A DNA stretch of 64,000 nt, from the IMG/VR virus record IMGVR_UViG_3300042542_005523. The stretch is one strand, 5' to 3'. Under the pieces are notes generated by a model. It saw nothing but the letters and a program-made list of their open reading frames with translations. It was not told where the DNA came from and made no database searches. Numbering within the stretch: the first letter of the stretch is position 1; every line of letters begins with the position of its first letter. The DNA comes from a virus. Taxonomy: Duplodnaviria > Caudoviricetes. Positions 1-10,500 of this stretch are shown one piece after another. Position numbers and translations under genes: made by a program.

Positions 1-2
1 TC

Positions 3-1364
3 CCCGGTATCAATACGATATTAACATACGATAGAGAGGATGCGAAAGAGGATGCCCAGGATGAGATAAATTCTAGAGGCATTGGAGCTTTAACCTTTAA
101 TGACCTATATAGCTATCTTGTAAAAACTCTAAATGACGATAGAAAGGATAGATTGGATCAAGCGGTAAGAGCAAACACGGGATCGGACAGTGGAACTCAG
201 GCAGTTAGAAACGATATAGACAATATATTTCTAAGTCTTTATTCTACAGAACTTCAGAAATGGATAGAGATAATAACCCCTTATATTTCTAAGAGTTTGG
301 CAAATGCATCAGATGAGACATTTTCTGACTCAGCCAAGACAACCCCTTCTTCTCTAGGAATATCATCGGACGGTGAAAATTTTATATCTATAATAGAAGA
401 GAATTCTATTTTTCCTACTGTTAGCTCCCGATCTGTGACTACAGTAGGTGATTTTCAGAAGGAGGTCCAATTTAAAATTGCAATAAAAGCGGGAAGCGAT
501 GTTTCTGTATTACGGGACGTTACCCTTAATAACATACAATATGGCCTTGCTGGTACACCGGTAATTGACATAAGGTTTACATTAAATGGATCTGAGGATT
601 TAAGCGTAGTGGTAACTGATTTATCTACTAGATCTCAGGAAAGATTCACTATAAATAAAGTTTTTGGACAGAATGGTTACCCAGCCGGAAGTCAAAACGA
701 GACATATAGATTTCCTCCTGGCGGGCCAATTTATCCGTCCGCTGCTGTACAGGAGCAGGATGCTGTAAAAAGCGCAAAAGATTCAATTAATGGTGTACTA
801 GGGTCTCTGTCCGCTGACTTCCAACAAAAGTTGATAAATTTCGGATTGGATGCTAAGATAGCTGATCTTATGTCTAAGAGCGATCCTTATCTAGTTATGT
901 CATCTAGTGTAGTCCTATATTGGACTATATTGGGATTGGTTCCTACTTGCTTTGCAGCCAATCCGCCGGTACTTCCTGCTAGCATACCAGCTCCTGGACT
1001 TTTTACTATAATTTTTCCAGGTCTTCCGTTTACGCTTGCTAATAAATTGAGACTGTCTTTTAATGCAGGATTGAATCCCGTCTTTAATCCTGAATTAGAT
1101 CCAAATGGGCTTGTAGAAAAAGCAGCTTCGCTTTCCAATTCTATCGAATCTGAAGAATTTAAAGCTCTTCTTTCCCTTATAGAATCACAGAAGGCCTTGC
1201 TAGAAGCAACAAAGAGCCAAAATCTAGTTTCTAAAGCGGTTTCAACTAAACTCGCAGTTTCTTTTGCATTACATTTGCTTTCTCTGAAGTTTCTATATAC
1301 TGGATCAACTCAGGCAGGACCTGCAACTGTTCCGACCCCTGGATTTGTTTTGCTCGTATTTTAA
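3..1364 (+). CDS. Probable virion/baseplate-associated protein, 5'-truncated, containing an Hsp70 substrate-binding (SBD-beta)-like domain
   Basis: The frame is open from position 3, so the track's TTG at 153 is not the true start. Segment 339-653 aligns by eye with the DnaK SBD at 54360-54683. Pro-rich C-terminal part; sits at the head of the morphogenesis cluster. Confidence 0.6.
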   Translation, partial: PGINTILTYDREDAKEDAQDEINSRGIGALTFNDLYSYLVKTLNDDRKDRLDQAVRANTGSDSGTQAVRNDIDNIFLSLYSTELQKWIEIITPYISKSLANASDETFSDSAKTTPSSLGISSDGENFISIIEENSIFPTVSSRSVTTVGDFQKEVQFKIAIKAGSDVSVLRDVTLNNIQYGLAGTPVIDIRFTLNGSEDLSVVVTDLSTRSQERFTINKVFGQNGYPAGSQNETYRFPPGGPIYPSAAVQEQDAVKSAKDSINGVLGSLSADFQQKLINFGLDAKIADLMSKSDPYLVMSSSVVLYWTILGLVPTCFAANPPVLPASIPAPGLFTIIFPGLPFTLANKLRLSFNAGLNPVFNPELDPNGLVEKAASLSNSIESEEFKALLSLIESQKALLEATKSQNLVSKAVSTKLAVSFALHLLSLKFLYTGSTQAGPATVPTPGFVLLVF

Positions 1365-1377
1365 ACTTTTGCTATCT

Positions 1378-1385
1378 GATATATA
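1378..1385 (+). promoter_or_regulatory. Putative phage late promoter box GATATATA
   Basis: Exact motif that recurs in many intergenic gaps; 38 nt upstream of ATG 1424. Confidence 0.6.
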
Positions 1386-1423
1386 CATAAGAAACTAATA
1401 TTAACCATTTAAAACTAAAATTG

Positions 1424-2593
1424 ATGTATCAAGAATTCGAAAATGAAGAATTCAGTTGGGAAAATTCAAACGGATTTAAGCCTAACAAAAAAATTAAGAA
1501 TAATCACGGGATGACTATTTATTGTCATGCTGATTATGCTGAAGAACTTGCTGCGGCATACGCTAAGCATTCTGAAGGACTAGATTGGAATGATCTAGCT
1601 AAGGATCTAGTTGATGGCAGAATGTACCCTTGTAAAATTGTTGCTTTAACTGAAGAAGAGGCTTTTGCCCAGACTGACTCAGGTCAAACAATTTATATTG
1701 ACCTGAAGAAGGAAAGAAGGGATGCTGAAAAATTAAATATCGAGGGTATTGATTTTACAGTAGGTACTAGAATAGAAGCTCACGTTAGAAGAACTCCTAA
1801 GGGATATCTTGGATCTGTTGTTGAGCATTATATAAAGACGCTGAAGTCTGAACTTTTTGATCAAATCAAAAAAGAAACTACAGCTTATAAAGTAAAGGTT
1901 GAGAGCATAAATAAAGGTGGATATATTGTCGATCTTTGTGGTATTAAGTGTTTCATGCCTGGATCCTTGGCTGCAGCTAATAAGATCAAGGATTTCGAAT
2001 CCTATATTGGAAAGGATATACACGTAATGATGGAAGGCTATATAGAGGCAAAAGATACCTTCATTGTTTCTTACAAGAAGTATATTTCCAAGATTATGGA
2101 GCAGAAGATTCAAGAGCTTGACCTAACCAGGAAATATAAAGGCTCCATCACTGGAACAAGCCCATTTGGAGTTTTTGTTGAGTGGGAGGAGATCTATACT
2201 GGCTTGATCCATAAGAGCGAGTTCGAGAGTGACGATGAATTGTCCAAACTTTGTTCAGGTGACGAGATAGAATTCTATGTGAAGGAGATTAAAGAGAACA
2301 ATAAATTGACTCTAACGCTAGATAGACCCTTAGAAAGAAACGTAATTCTTTATGATATTGAGACTCGTGTCGAGGAAGGCACAATAGAGCCAATGCAAGC
2401 TCTCATCAAGCACAAAAGAAAAAATGGAGTGCTTATAGAGATAAGCGATATTGGTCTAATGGCATTTATAAGTTCCGAGCATTTGGGTAAAGGCGATAGA
2501 AATGCTAAGACTGGTGATCCTATTGAAATATTAATATGGAAGATAGACGTTCACACAGGAAAAATATTTGCTAAATCCATAAATGAAGGATAA
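1424..2593 (+). CDS. rpsA: Ribosomal protein S1 (bS1)-like protein with 3-4 S1 RNA-binding domains
   Basis: S1 repeats: KVKVESINKGGYIVDLCGIKCFMPGS, YKGSITGTSPFGVFVEWEEIYTGLIHKSE, GVLIEISDIGLMAFISSEHL. ATG at 1424 follows the track's TTG at 1421. Confidence 0.8.
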   Translation: MYQEFENEEFSWENSNGFKPNKKIKNNHGMTIYCHADYAEELAAAYAKHSEGLDWNDLAKDLVDGRMYPCKIVALTEEEAFAQTDSGQTIYIDLKKERRDAEKLNIEGIDFTVGTRIEAHVRRTPKGYLGSVVEHYIKTLKSELFDQIKKETTAYKVKVESINKGGYIVDLCGIKCFMPGSLAAANKIKDFESYIGKDIHVMMEGYIEAKDTFIVSYKKYISKIMEQKIQELDLTRKYKGSITGTSPFGVFVEWEEIYTGLIHKSEFESDDELSKLCSGDEIEFYVKEIKENNKLTLTLDRPLERNVILYDIETRVEEGTIEPMQALIKHKRKNGVLIEISDIGLMAFISSEHLGKGDRNAKTGDPIEILIWKIDVHTGKIFAKSINEG

Positions 2594-3989
2594 TAGAAAC
2601 CATTTTGAAAAAGCTCAGGCTCTTTCTTTGTCTGATGTTGGGTTTGAATTCGAATTCTTTTCCAATGTTACCAAAGGAAGAGCTGCTGATGCTCTTTCGA
2701 AACTTCTCGGTAAAAAAGTAGATGTATCTAATAAATACCACTCGGATATACCGGTTAACAGGGAGAGATTCAAGTTAGAGCCGGATTACTCGGGGGGTAT
2801 AAGTATGTTAGAACTTGTTACTGGTCCAATGAGTTATAACGAGGCTATACCTGTTATGATCAAGATCCTAAAATGGATAGACGAGAATGGATGGACAAGC
2901 GATAAATGCGCTTTCCAATTCTCAGTTAGTTTTAACCCGGAGAGAGCCAATCTTAAAAATGCGATACAAACGATGGATCATTTAAAGTTCATCCTTGGTA
3001 TTGACGAGAATTTCATTTATTCTAAGTTTGGTAACAGAACAAAGAATGTCTATGCTAAATCTATAAAAAGGGTTTTACCCAGAAGTAGATACATGATATT
3101 GGAGAATATTAGCACTATAGACCCAATGATGTTTAAGACACCTAGTGACAAGTACTATGGTGTGAATTTCACAAAGGCTCCTGATGGATATTTAGAGTTC
3201 AGGTATTTAGGTGGTAAGGATTATCAGAAAAAGATAGAGCCAATCAGAGAGGTTGTTGAATATATCATTCTGTATCTCTATGATATAGTTAGCAAAAGAA
3301 TGGGAGGCTATAGTAAGGAGGACCTAGATAAGCTAAAATCAATGATGAAGGATTATGCTAATGTTGTAAAATGCTTCTCTAAACCTGAGCTTTTCCTTAG
3401 ATATTATCCCGACTTCAAGATATTTATAGATCTTAAAGGATTTGACGGTAATCTAAGAACATATTTCCCTGCAATCAGGGATAAGGTATTTGATCTTGTT
3501 ATAGAAGGCGGTATAACAGATTGCTTTTTTAATTATGACACATCCACAGGGAGATGCCAACTTAAAGGTGCAAGGTCTAGAAATTCTTTTGAGATCTACG
3601 ATTTTGACGTGATTGATTGCGATATAAAGGGTTCTTATTTAAAGAAGTGCAACATATACGATTCTAAGATTAACAAATCAAATCTAGATGAATGCTACCT
3701 AGTAAGAGGTACAGATGTTCTTAATTCTAGAATAGAAGCATGCTCTGTTGAACCTACTAATAAGCTTAAGGACTGCTACATAAACTGTGAACAGAAATCT
3801 ATCAATTGCGAGATTGATGGCGGAGTGCTAAGAGCAGGTATACTTGGTGAATATGCTGAATTAAGTAAGGACACTAAAAAAGTCAAGGGATGGAACGAGG
3901 TTAGAAATGAAAGATTCATAACTGATAAAAGACTTCAGGACCTAAACGATAAATATAAAGGAGCCAAATTTGGCGATATGAATTATTAA
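2583..3989 (+). CDS. Putative amidoligase (COOH-NH2 ligase-like) with C-terminal beta-solenoid repeats
   Basis: Motif order GFEFEF...LEPDYS...ELVT...CAFQFSVS...KYYGVN...LEFR matches the phage amidoligase family. The C-terminus has Cys/Ile/Asn periodic repeats. Confidence 0.6.
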   Translation: MKDNRNHFEKAQALSLSDVGFEFEFFSNVTKGRAADALSKLLGKKVDVSNKYHSDIPVNRERFKLEPDYSGGISMLELVTGPMSYNEAIPVMIKILKWIDENGWTSDKCAFQFSVSFNPERANLKNAIQTMDHLKFILGIDENFIYSKFGNRTKNVYAKSIKRVLPRSRYMILENISTIDPMMFKTPSDKYYGVNFTKAPDGYLEFRYLGGKDYQKKIEPIREVVEYIILYLYDIVSKRMGGYSKEDLDKLKSMMKDYANVVKCFSKPELFLRYYPDFKIFIDLKGFDGNLRTYFPAIRDKVFDLVIEGGITDCFFNYDTSTGRCQLKGARSRNSFEIYDFDVIDCDIKGSYLKKCNIYDSKINKSNLDECYLVRGTDVLNSRIEACSVEPTNKLKDCYINCEQKSINCEIDGGVLRAGILGEYAELSKDTKKVKGWNEVRNERFITDKRLQDLNDKYKGAKFGDMNY

Positions 3990-3997
3990 ACTTCACC

Positions 3998-4804
3998 ATG
4001 ACTGAAACAGAATTAATCCAAGAAATTACAGACGCGCTTAATTTCAGCTGCGGTCTTCCTTATTCCCTTAATGAACAAGAGGTTAGAAGGATTATAAAGA
4101 GAGCCAAGGATTGGTTCTATGATAACTATCAATATTCTGTTGAGGATAGAATGTTCATAATCGGTAAAGCTGTTTTTGCACATCCTGAATGGAGGGCAAC
4201 TAGACAACTGACACTCCCTGATTCGATTGTATCAGTATATGAAGTTAGAGACGTGGGTGGAGCGGGTGTTAGTGGTAATCCAGATAAGGATTTTGGTGAT
4301 TCTAAACTCCTTGGTTCCGAACTGCTGCTATCTCCTTTTATTGGTGATAATCTTGTTTATAGAACAGTTATGTACTCCTATTTTGATTTGGCTAAGGCTT
4401 ATCTATTAGCTACCTATGCTTTCAAATGGAATAAGAACTCAAAGAGACTTACCATTCAAGGACGTGATCCAAATAGATCAGGAGTAGGGGGTTCAAATAG
4501 TAATTCTAATTCACAGTTAGCTCAAGGATTTTCGAGCGGGAATGGCGGATACGATCTATATGTGAGATGTTTTGTTAAAATAGGTGACGAGTATCTTTTC
4601 GATGACGAATTGTTTGTTAGATATTGTATCGCTAAGTCCAAGATAGCTTTAGGAAGAATGCTCGGGACATTTAACTATAATCTACCTGGTGGAGTTCAAG
4701 TAAATGCAACGGATGTCATTAGCGCCGGAACCGAAGAGTTACAGGAGGTCATGGATATGATCAATGGTGAGAACACTCCTAGTTATTTCTTACAGTGGAA
4801 TTAA
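3998..4804 (+). CDS. Neck/head-tail adaptor protein (T4 gp13-like)
   Basis: C-terminal YCIAKSKIALGRMLGTFNYNLPGGVQVN resembles the gp13 LPGGV motif; size and context fit. Confidence 0.7.
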   Translation: MTETELIQEITDALNFSCGLPYSLNEQEVRRIIKRAKDWFYDNYQYSVEDRMFIIGKAVFAHPEWRATRQLTLPDSIVSVYEVRDVGGAGVSGNPDKDFGDSKLLGSELLLSPFIGDNLVYRTVMYSYFDLAKAYLLATYAFKWNKNSKRLTIQGRDPNRSGVGGSNSNSNSQLAQGFSSGNGGYDLYVRCFVKIGDEYLFDDELFVRYCIAKSKIALGRMLGTFNYNLPGGVQVNATDVISAGTEELQEVMDMINGENTPSYFLQWN

Positions 4805-4857
4805 AAAATACACAGTGAGTTTATTGTAGATAGCATTTAGCTCCCTTTATTTTGATC

Positions 4858-4865
4858 GATATATA
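4858..4865 (+). promoter_or_regulatory. Putative phage late promoter box GATATATA
   Basis: Exact motif 13 nt upstream of ATG 4879. Confidence 0.6.
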
Positions 4866-4878
4866 AACAAAAATAGGG

Positions 4879-5250
4879 ATGAGAGACATTTACAACAGAG
4901 ATCCACAAGATCCTAATTACGTACCTTACATCTTAGAGGTCACAGATCCAATAGAGATCTGTGTTGGCCAGCTTAAAATGATGCTCTTGACAGACAAGGG
5001 TGAAGTTTTAGGTGATCCTAAATTTGGGCTTGCCTTGGAATCTTTAATTTTCGAATTAAATCTATCTCAGGACTCTATAAGAAAAGAGCTAGATCTTCAT
5101 CTGTCAACATATTGCCCGCTTTTTAGAGTACTCGGTGGAACATATGATTTGAAGTTTTATTTGGGTACGAATAGGGATATAGCATTTCTAGATTTTCTTT
5201 TGCCATACCAAGGCGATCAAAGTCCAGTTGTTAGTTTAAAGTTAAGTTAA
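4879..5250 (+). CDS. Baseplate wedge subunit (gp25-like)
   Basis: QLKMMLLTDKGEVLGDPKFGLALESLIFE is the gp25/GPW-type signature; lies directly before the gp6-like gene. Confidence 0.75.
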   Translation: MRDIYNRDPQDPNYVPYILEVTDPIEICVGQLKMMLLTDKGEVLGDPKFGLALESLIFELNLSQDSIRKELDLHLSTYCPLFRVLGGTYDLKFYLGTNRDIAFLDFLLPYQGDQSPVVSLKLS

Positions 5251-5255
5251 AAAGC

Positions 5256-7001
5256 ATGAACATATATCAAAAGAATAGAATTCTAATCAGCGGTCTCTTA
5301 TCGGACACTTATGTTTTTCTACAGAGAACATACAATCAGTCTAGAAACGTATTTACCGCTGCTTCAGCTTGGGGACAAATACTTTTTGTATTACAGAACC
5401 TATCGCAGATGATCCTTTATTTCATAGAGGACTCAATTACCGAATTGAACATTTATCAAGCAACACGGGACTACTCAGTGAAGAGCATAGCTAGACTATC
5501 TGGGTATGATCCAGGTAGAGCATCTACAGCTCAGGGCGAGATCTCAATACAATGGAATCTTAATACTGCTCCAGTTGGTGGGGGATCAGTTATAATAGCG
5601 AACAACACACAGGTTCAATGTATACAGAACGGTAAGTACTATTCTATGATGTTACCCTCTCCGACGGTTACCTTCAATCTTGTGCCCAATAACACTCTAA
5701 GGGTTAAGATAGCACAGGGAACAGTTCAAAATGCGACTGTTACGGGGACTGGACTTGCACTTCAATCTTTTAACATACCTTCTAAATCGGGAGCTTTTAT
5801 TGATCAATATTATGTGAACGTTTATGTGAATGAGGAGAAGTGGAAAAGATATGATTCTTTTTATGATATGCCTTTGCAGGGATCTACTTTCATAGTAAGA
5901 ACCGGTATTTCACAGGGAATTGATGTCTATTTTGGTAATGGTAATTTTGGCAAGGTTCCACCTCCTGGATCTATAATAAGAATAGAGTACATACAGACAC
6001 TAGGAGGACAAGGAAATCTTAGATCAACAGCAGATAAGCCAATTACTTATAGATTCACAACTTTAGGGACCGATCTATTTGGACAGCAGCTTAATCTTAA
6101 TGATTGTGTTAATATCAGAAATGAGGTTGATCCTTTGTTTGGTAGCGATCCCGAGAGTACTGAACTTATAAGATTGGTTGCACCCTATACTAGTAGAGCG
6201 TTCGTTCTGGCAAATCCACAATCGTATGAAATATATTTGACAAGATTAAATATTTTCTCGCAAATACATGCTTACTCTACTTTTGAAGATGAATATTTGG
6301 ACGATGATAATATAGTTTACATTTATCTAGTTCCAGATATAACTCTCAACCTAGAATCAAACCAGGATTACTTTGATATACCCACAGCGGAGTTTATACT
6401 TTCACCTGAAATGAAATTAGCTATAATAAATCTTCTGGAGGATTCAGGACAAATGATAGCTACTACCGTGTTAAAGATAATTGATCCAGCTATAACTAGG
6501 ATAGTTGGTAACGCTTCTGTTACGATATTTGAAGGCAACGATCCAACTACCATAAAGAACACTATCCGTAGATCCATAGCAAGCTATATGCTCAATCTAA
6601 AGAGAAGAGACAGAATACCAAGATCTGATATTATCGCTATATTAGAATCTATACCAGGTGTTGACTCAGCTAACTTCTTTTTTACAAGCCAGAAGAATGA
6701 AGCAAATCAGTTAACAATGCAGGGTGCTACTAATTTAAACGCTGCAACACTTAACACTCAGGTTGGAATAGATTCTTTCGGTGACATCCTCATAGGAAGA
6801 AATGAGTTAGTAATAATGAGAGGAGGATGGACAGACCGTTACGGCGTGACCTATAAAGAAGGTATCGTTGATGGCGCACCTTGTTCTTTGAATATTGATA
6901 TACCTTATGTGGTTCCTAATACATTTAACACAGAATCCGCTAAGAACCAGAAGTCTGTTATTATTGATTCTAACAGCCAGACCGTACCAAGAACAATGTA
7001 A
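5256..7001 (+). CDS. Baseplate wedge protein (gp6/baseplate J-like)
   Basis: ATRDYSVKSIARLSGYDP..ASTA, VYFGNGNFGKVPP.GS.IRIEY..T.G..GN, DPESTELIR.VAP. Confidence 0.8.
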   Translation: MNIYQKNRILISGLLSDTYVFLQRTYNQSRNVFTAASAWGQILFVLQNLSQMILYFIEDSITELNIYQATRDYSVKSIARLSGYDPGRASTAQGEISIQWNLNTAPVGGGSVIIANNTQVQCIQNGKYYSMMLPSPTVTFNLVPNNTLRVKIAQGTVQNATVTGTGLALQSFNIPSKSGAFIDQYYVNVYVNEEKWKRYDSFYDMPLQGSTFIVRTGISQGIDVYFGNGNFGKVPPPGSIIRIEYIQTLGGQGNLRSTADKPITYRFTTLGTDLFGQQLNLNDCVNIRNEVDPLFGSDPESTELIRLVAPYTSRAFVLANPQSYEIYLTRLNIFSQIHAYSTFEDEYLDDDNIVYIYLVPDITLNLESNQDYFDIPTAEFILSPEMKLAIINLLEDSGQMIATTVLKIIDPAITRIVGNASVTIFEGNDPTTIKNTIRRSIASYMLNLKRRDRIPRSDIIAILESIPGVDSANFFFTSQKNEANQLTMQGATNLNAATLNTQVGIDSFGDILIGRNELVIMRGGWTDRYGVTYKEGIVDGAPCSLNIDIPYVVPNTFNTESAKNQKSVIIDSNSQTVPRTM

Positions 7002-7003
7002 TT

Positions 7004-7543
7004 ATGGCGTCAAATAATAGATTTCTACCGCAATTCCAGGACCCTGAAGGAGGAGTAAATTTTACTGTTGTAAGAAAGGTTCCGCCTACTACAAACAGTA
7101 CATATTACCAGCCCAATGACGTGTATGCAACCACGCAGTTAGCAGAGGAAAGATCATATAATATAGGATGCACCGGTTACAGAAACGTAACGGTTAATGC
7201 AACAGGAACCGTTAAATATGCTCCGTGTGCAGCTTCTGCTACTTATGTTATCCTCATGCAGGGTATGCCTAAGATTAATCAGGAGAGGATCTATTATGCA
7301 TTCGATCCAACTGATAATATAGATGATGTTAAAAATAGCATTAATGACAACATCTATACAGGTTTTGAGTATAAAGAAAAGATTTTTGAGAAATCTATGT
7401 CTAAAGTCATACTAAGAGATCCAGTAAAAGCTTCTATACTTCAATACTTCCAGAGGGTAGTTTTTGGATTAATAGAATCGACAAAACAGATAAGTAACTT
7501 CGTTAACTATACAGTGAAGAAAAATAACAGGAGAGTATTCTAA
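7004..7543 (+). CDS. Hypothetical baseplate-region protein
   Basis: ORF tightly packed between the gp6-like and gp7-like genes; its stop overlaps the next start (TAATG). Confidence 0.55.
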   Translation: MASNNRFLPQFQDPEGGVNFTVVRKVPPTTNSTYYQPNDVYATTQLAEERSYNIGCTGYRNVTVNATGTVKYAPCAASATYVILMQGMPKINQERIYYAFDPTDNIDDVKNSINDNIYTGFEYKEKIFEKSMSKVILRDPVKASILQYFQRVVFGLIESTKQISNFVNYTVKKNNRRVF

Positions 7544-10500
7544 TGGCAGACAGTAAGTTAAAGTTTTTTAATAAATCGGGCAATCCGCTCAACTTTGCTT
7601 ACGTTGGGCCAACTGGACCAACCCCTCTTGATTTCAAGCTACTATATGTTAGCTCATCCACATCGAATTCTAGGGGGCAGCTGGACGTAAGCAATCTAGA
7701 CAACACCTCTACTTTGGTATTTAACATACAGGATACTAACGGATTTAATATCACAGGATGGGCCAATGAATTAAGTTACTTTCTAGACAGAGGTGCGGAG
7801 GTTGATATAACCCTTGACATCCTACCAGAAAATCAATTCAGAGGTAGGGTTTCTAGCGTAACAGTGGGGGGCAGTTCCATTACCGTTGTCTTTTCTCAAG
7901 TAAATGGACTTGTTATAATTTCAACCGGAAAAAATATAAAGGTTACAACTAACTACGCATATAGACCTGGTGGTTATTTTACTGGTAACATATATTTCGA
8001 TCAAGTTTCAGCCGGCCTTTACGAAAACCAGCAGATATTTGTGGTAGAAGAAGGATATGGACTTTCAACGGAAGCGGAAACGTGGAGCAGCGTTTCTAGC
8101 GGATCCAGCTTAAATTCTTACATTAGATCAGTGTTTACAGGTAGCGAAACTGTTCTTGTGGCTGGTAGAGCTGGCGGTTCTGGACTTTTTAGATATTCAA
8201 CCGATGGCGGGCAGAGCTTCACCCCAATATCAATATCAAGCCAAATTGTATATGGATTAGGTTGGAATGGGTTATCCGGGTCCTCCTCTGTGTTCTTGCT
8301 AAGTACATTGAGCTCGGCTAATAGAATATTTAGAGGTACAGGATCAAGTGTTTCGCCTACTGTTTCTGCAGCCAGTTCCATGCCCGCTATACCAGGAGGA
8401 CAGAAGAACGATATGAGAGGCGTAGCCTTTACCAATCAATCTGGAGGTGGCGTAGCTATATCTGTCGGACGTCTTTATAGTAATTTGGATCCTACTGGAG
8501 GTGGAACATCACTAGCTAGTGTTATCTGGAGGTCGACTGACAGCGGTGACAACTGGACCGATATATCACCGGCTTCAACTTCCGGTCTGTGGGACGTTGT
8601 TTTCCAGAGCGGAAATGGATTTATAGTAGGTGAAGATTCTATATTGCTATTTTCTAGCGACTCTGGAGCTAGCTGGACAGCTACTACCAGTCCTGCATCA
8701 TCTGATTTCAGGAGAGGTTTTTTGCTTCCTAATGGCAAGGGATTTGCTGTTGGAACAGGTGGAGTCCTAATAACAACCGGGGATTTTGGACAATCGTGGT
8801 CCGCTCTAGATACTGGTGTATCCGTAGATCTGTTCGATGTCTATTTCTGGGACAGCATGAACGGATTCATAGTTGGTGATGGCGGAATTATACTTAGAAC
8901 CAAAAATGGGGGGTTTTCTTGGTTACAACAAGCCTCACCCATTTCTTCAGATCTGCTCACGGTATATGCAGATCCATCCTCATCTAACTATGGATTTGCG
9001 GGCGGCTCAAGTGAGACCGTTATATCTGCTAATATAGACATAGAGCTTCAGTATCTTTATCCTAGAGCGGGATCTACAGGAGCTGCCGGTCCTTCACTAT
9101 GGAGGACTAGGTGGGAGAGCGATAACTACGGCGACGTGGACGTTTCAGAGGTTATATTCACATATAAAATAGTAGAAGGAGTTGGGGGAACGGGGGGTGA
9201 GCAATATCCTCTTATCGTTTCTTATCCTAATATAGCAATACCTGTAGACTATAGCGTAGACGATTATTATTCAAATGGATATCTGATAAGTGGGTCTAGT
9301 GGACCTGCCCATTCAGAGGCTCTTCCCATAAACGTTGCTTTAAATGCAACCGATCTCTATGCTGACGTTTATCAGAGAAAATTGATAGTAGAGGATCTTT
9401 CATCTGGAACACCAGAGAAAGTTTTGGTTGTTGATTTTTACGGAGAGGTTGTTGGCGAGGACGAGAGATTCAATGTAATGCTTCAGAATTTAGGCAGAAC
9501 TTTCTATGCGCAGGATGCTAATATTTTAAGGGATAGCGATCCAAAAGAACCCCTACCTAACTTTTTAGAAATTAATGAGAAAAGAAAGGAACTTTTATTT
9601 GCCGGCGATCAAATATACAATTATATAGGTGCCTATAAGGGATTGATCAACGCATTGAAATTCTTTGGTTATCAGGATTTAAGGATCAAGGAATATTGGC
9701 TTAATCTTGCATACAACTCGGTTGAAAAGGCATCTCCCCTTTTACAGAATAATGCTTTCCTAGCACAGTATCAATATCAAAATGGTGGAGCCTATAGTCA
9801 GAGTGTTCTGATTAGCGACGTTTTAGATAATGCTAATAAAGGAAAGTATAGATTAGAGCAGACATATGGGCCAGGCCCGGATGGAACTTACGTTCTTGAT
9901 GTCTCTTCTGAGTCTACTTTAGTTCCTAGTAGAACCTACAAAAAGACTTCGTTATTTGGTCTTTATTATGATCTTAACAAGCAAACAACGGATGTTGATG
10001 TTTATGGATATCCTGTTGTTGTTGACTCGTTCACCTTCACACAGGAAGAGGTTTTGATTAAACTTTTTGCTCTTAAAGAAAGACTTAAAGCAACATATCT
10101 CCCTTTGAATGCAAGAATAGTTGATATCTGTGGTGAAGGTATTTACTTTACAGTTTACAACACTAAAGCTTGGACTGATTCCATGGTTAGATCCGATATA
10201 CAATCCGGATTTTATCTTGATATAGTAGCCAATCCCGATTTTGGATTTATCGAGGATCTAAGAGCTTTTTCAACCAGACCTTATTCAACATCACTACAAA
10301 CACCTGAAAATTACGGGGATCTGGTTAGTGTTAACGTTGAATTGTACGGTGCTACGGGTTCATCCGGTGGTGCTCTATATTTTGAAGGAATCCCAGCTAC
10401 AGGCGGAAATCAGACTTTACAGGTTTATGCAGGCAAGCAATATAATTTCAATCTTACTGCTAATATACAGTCTGTACAGGTTGGTGATTATGATTTTTAT

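Noticed and set aside
1424-1450. S1 N-terminus MYQEFENE looks like the T4 targeting sequence
   Set aside because: It also resembles the acidic/aromatic N-terminal motif of Bacteroidota S1 proteins, so it was not counted as evidence for packaging.
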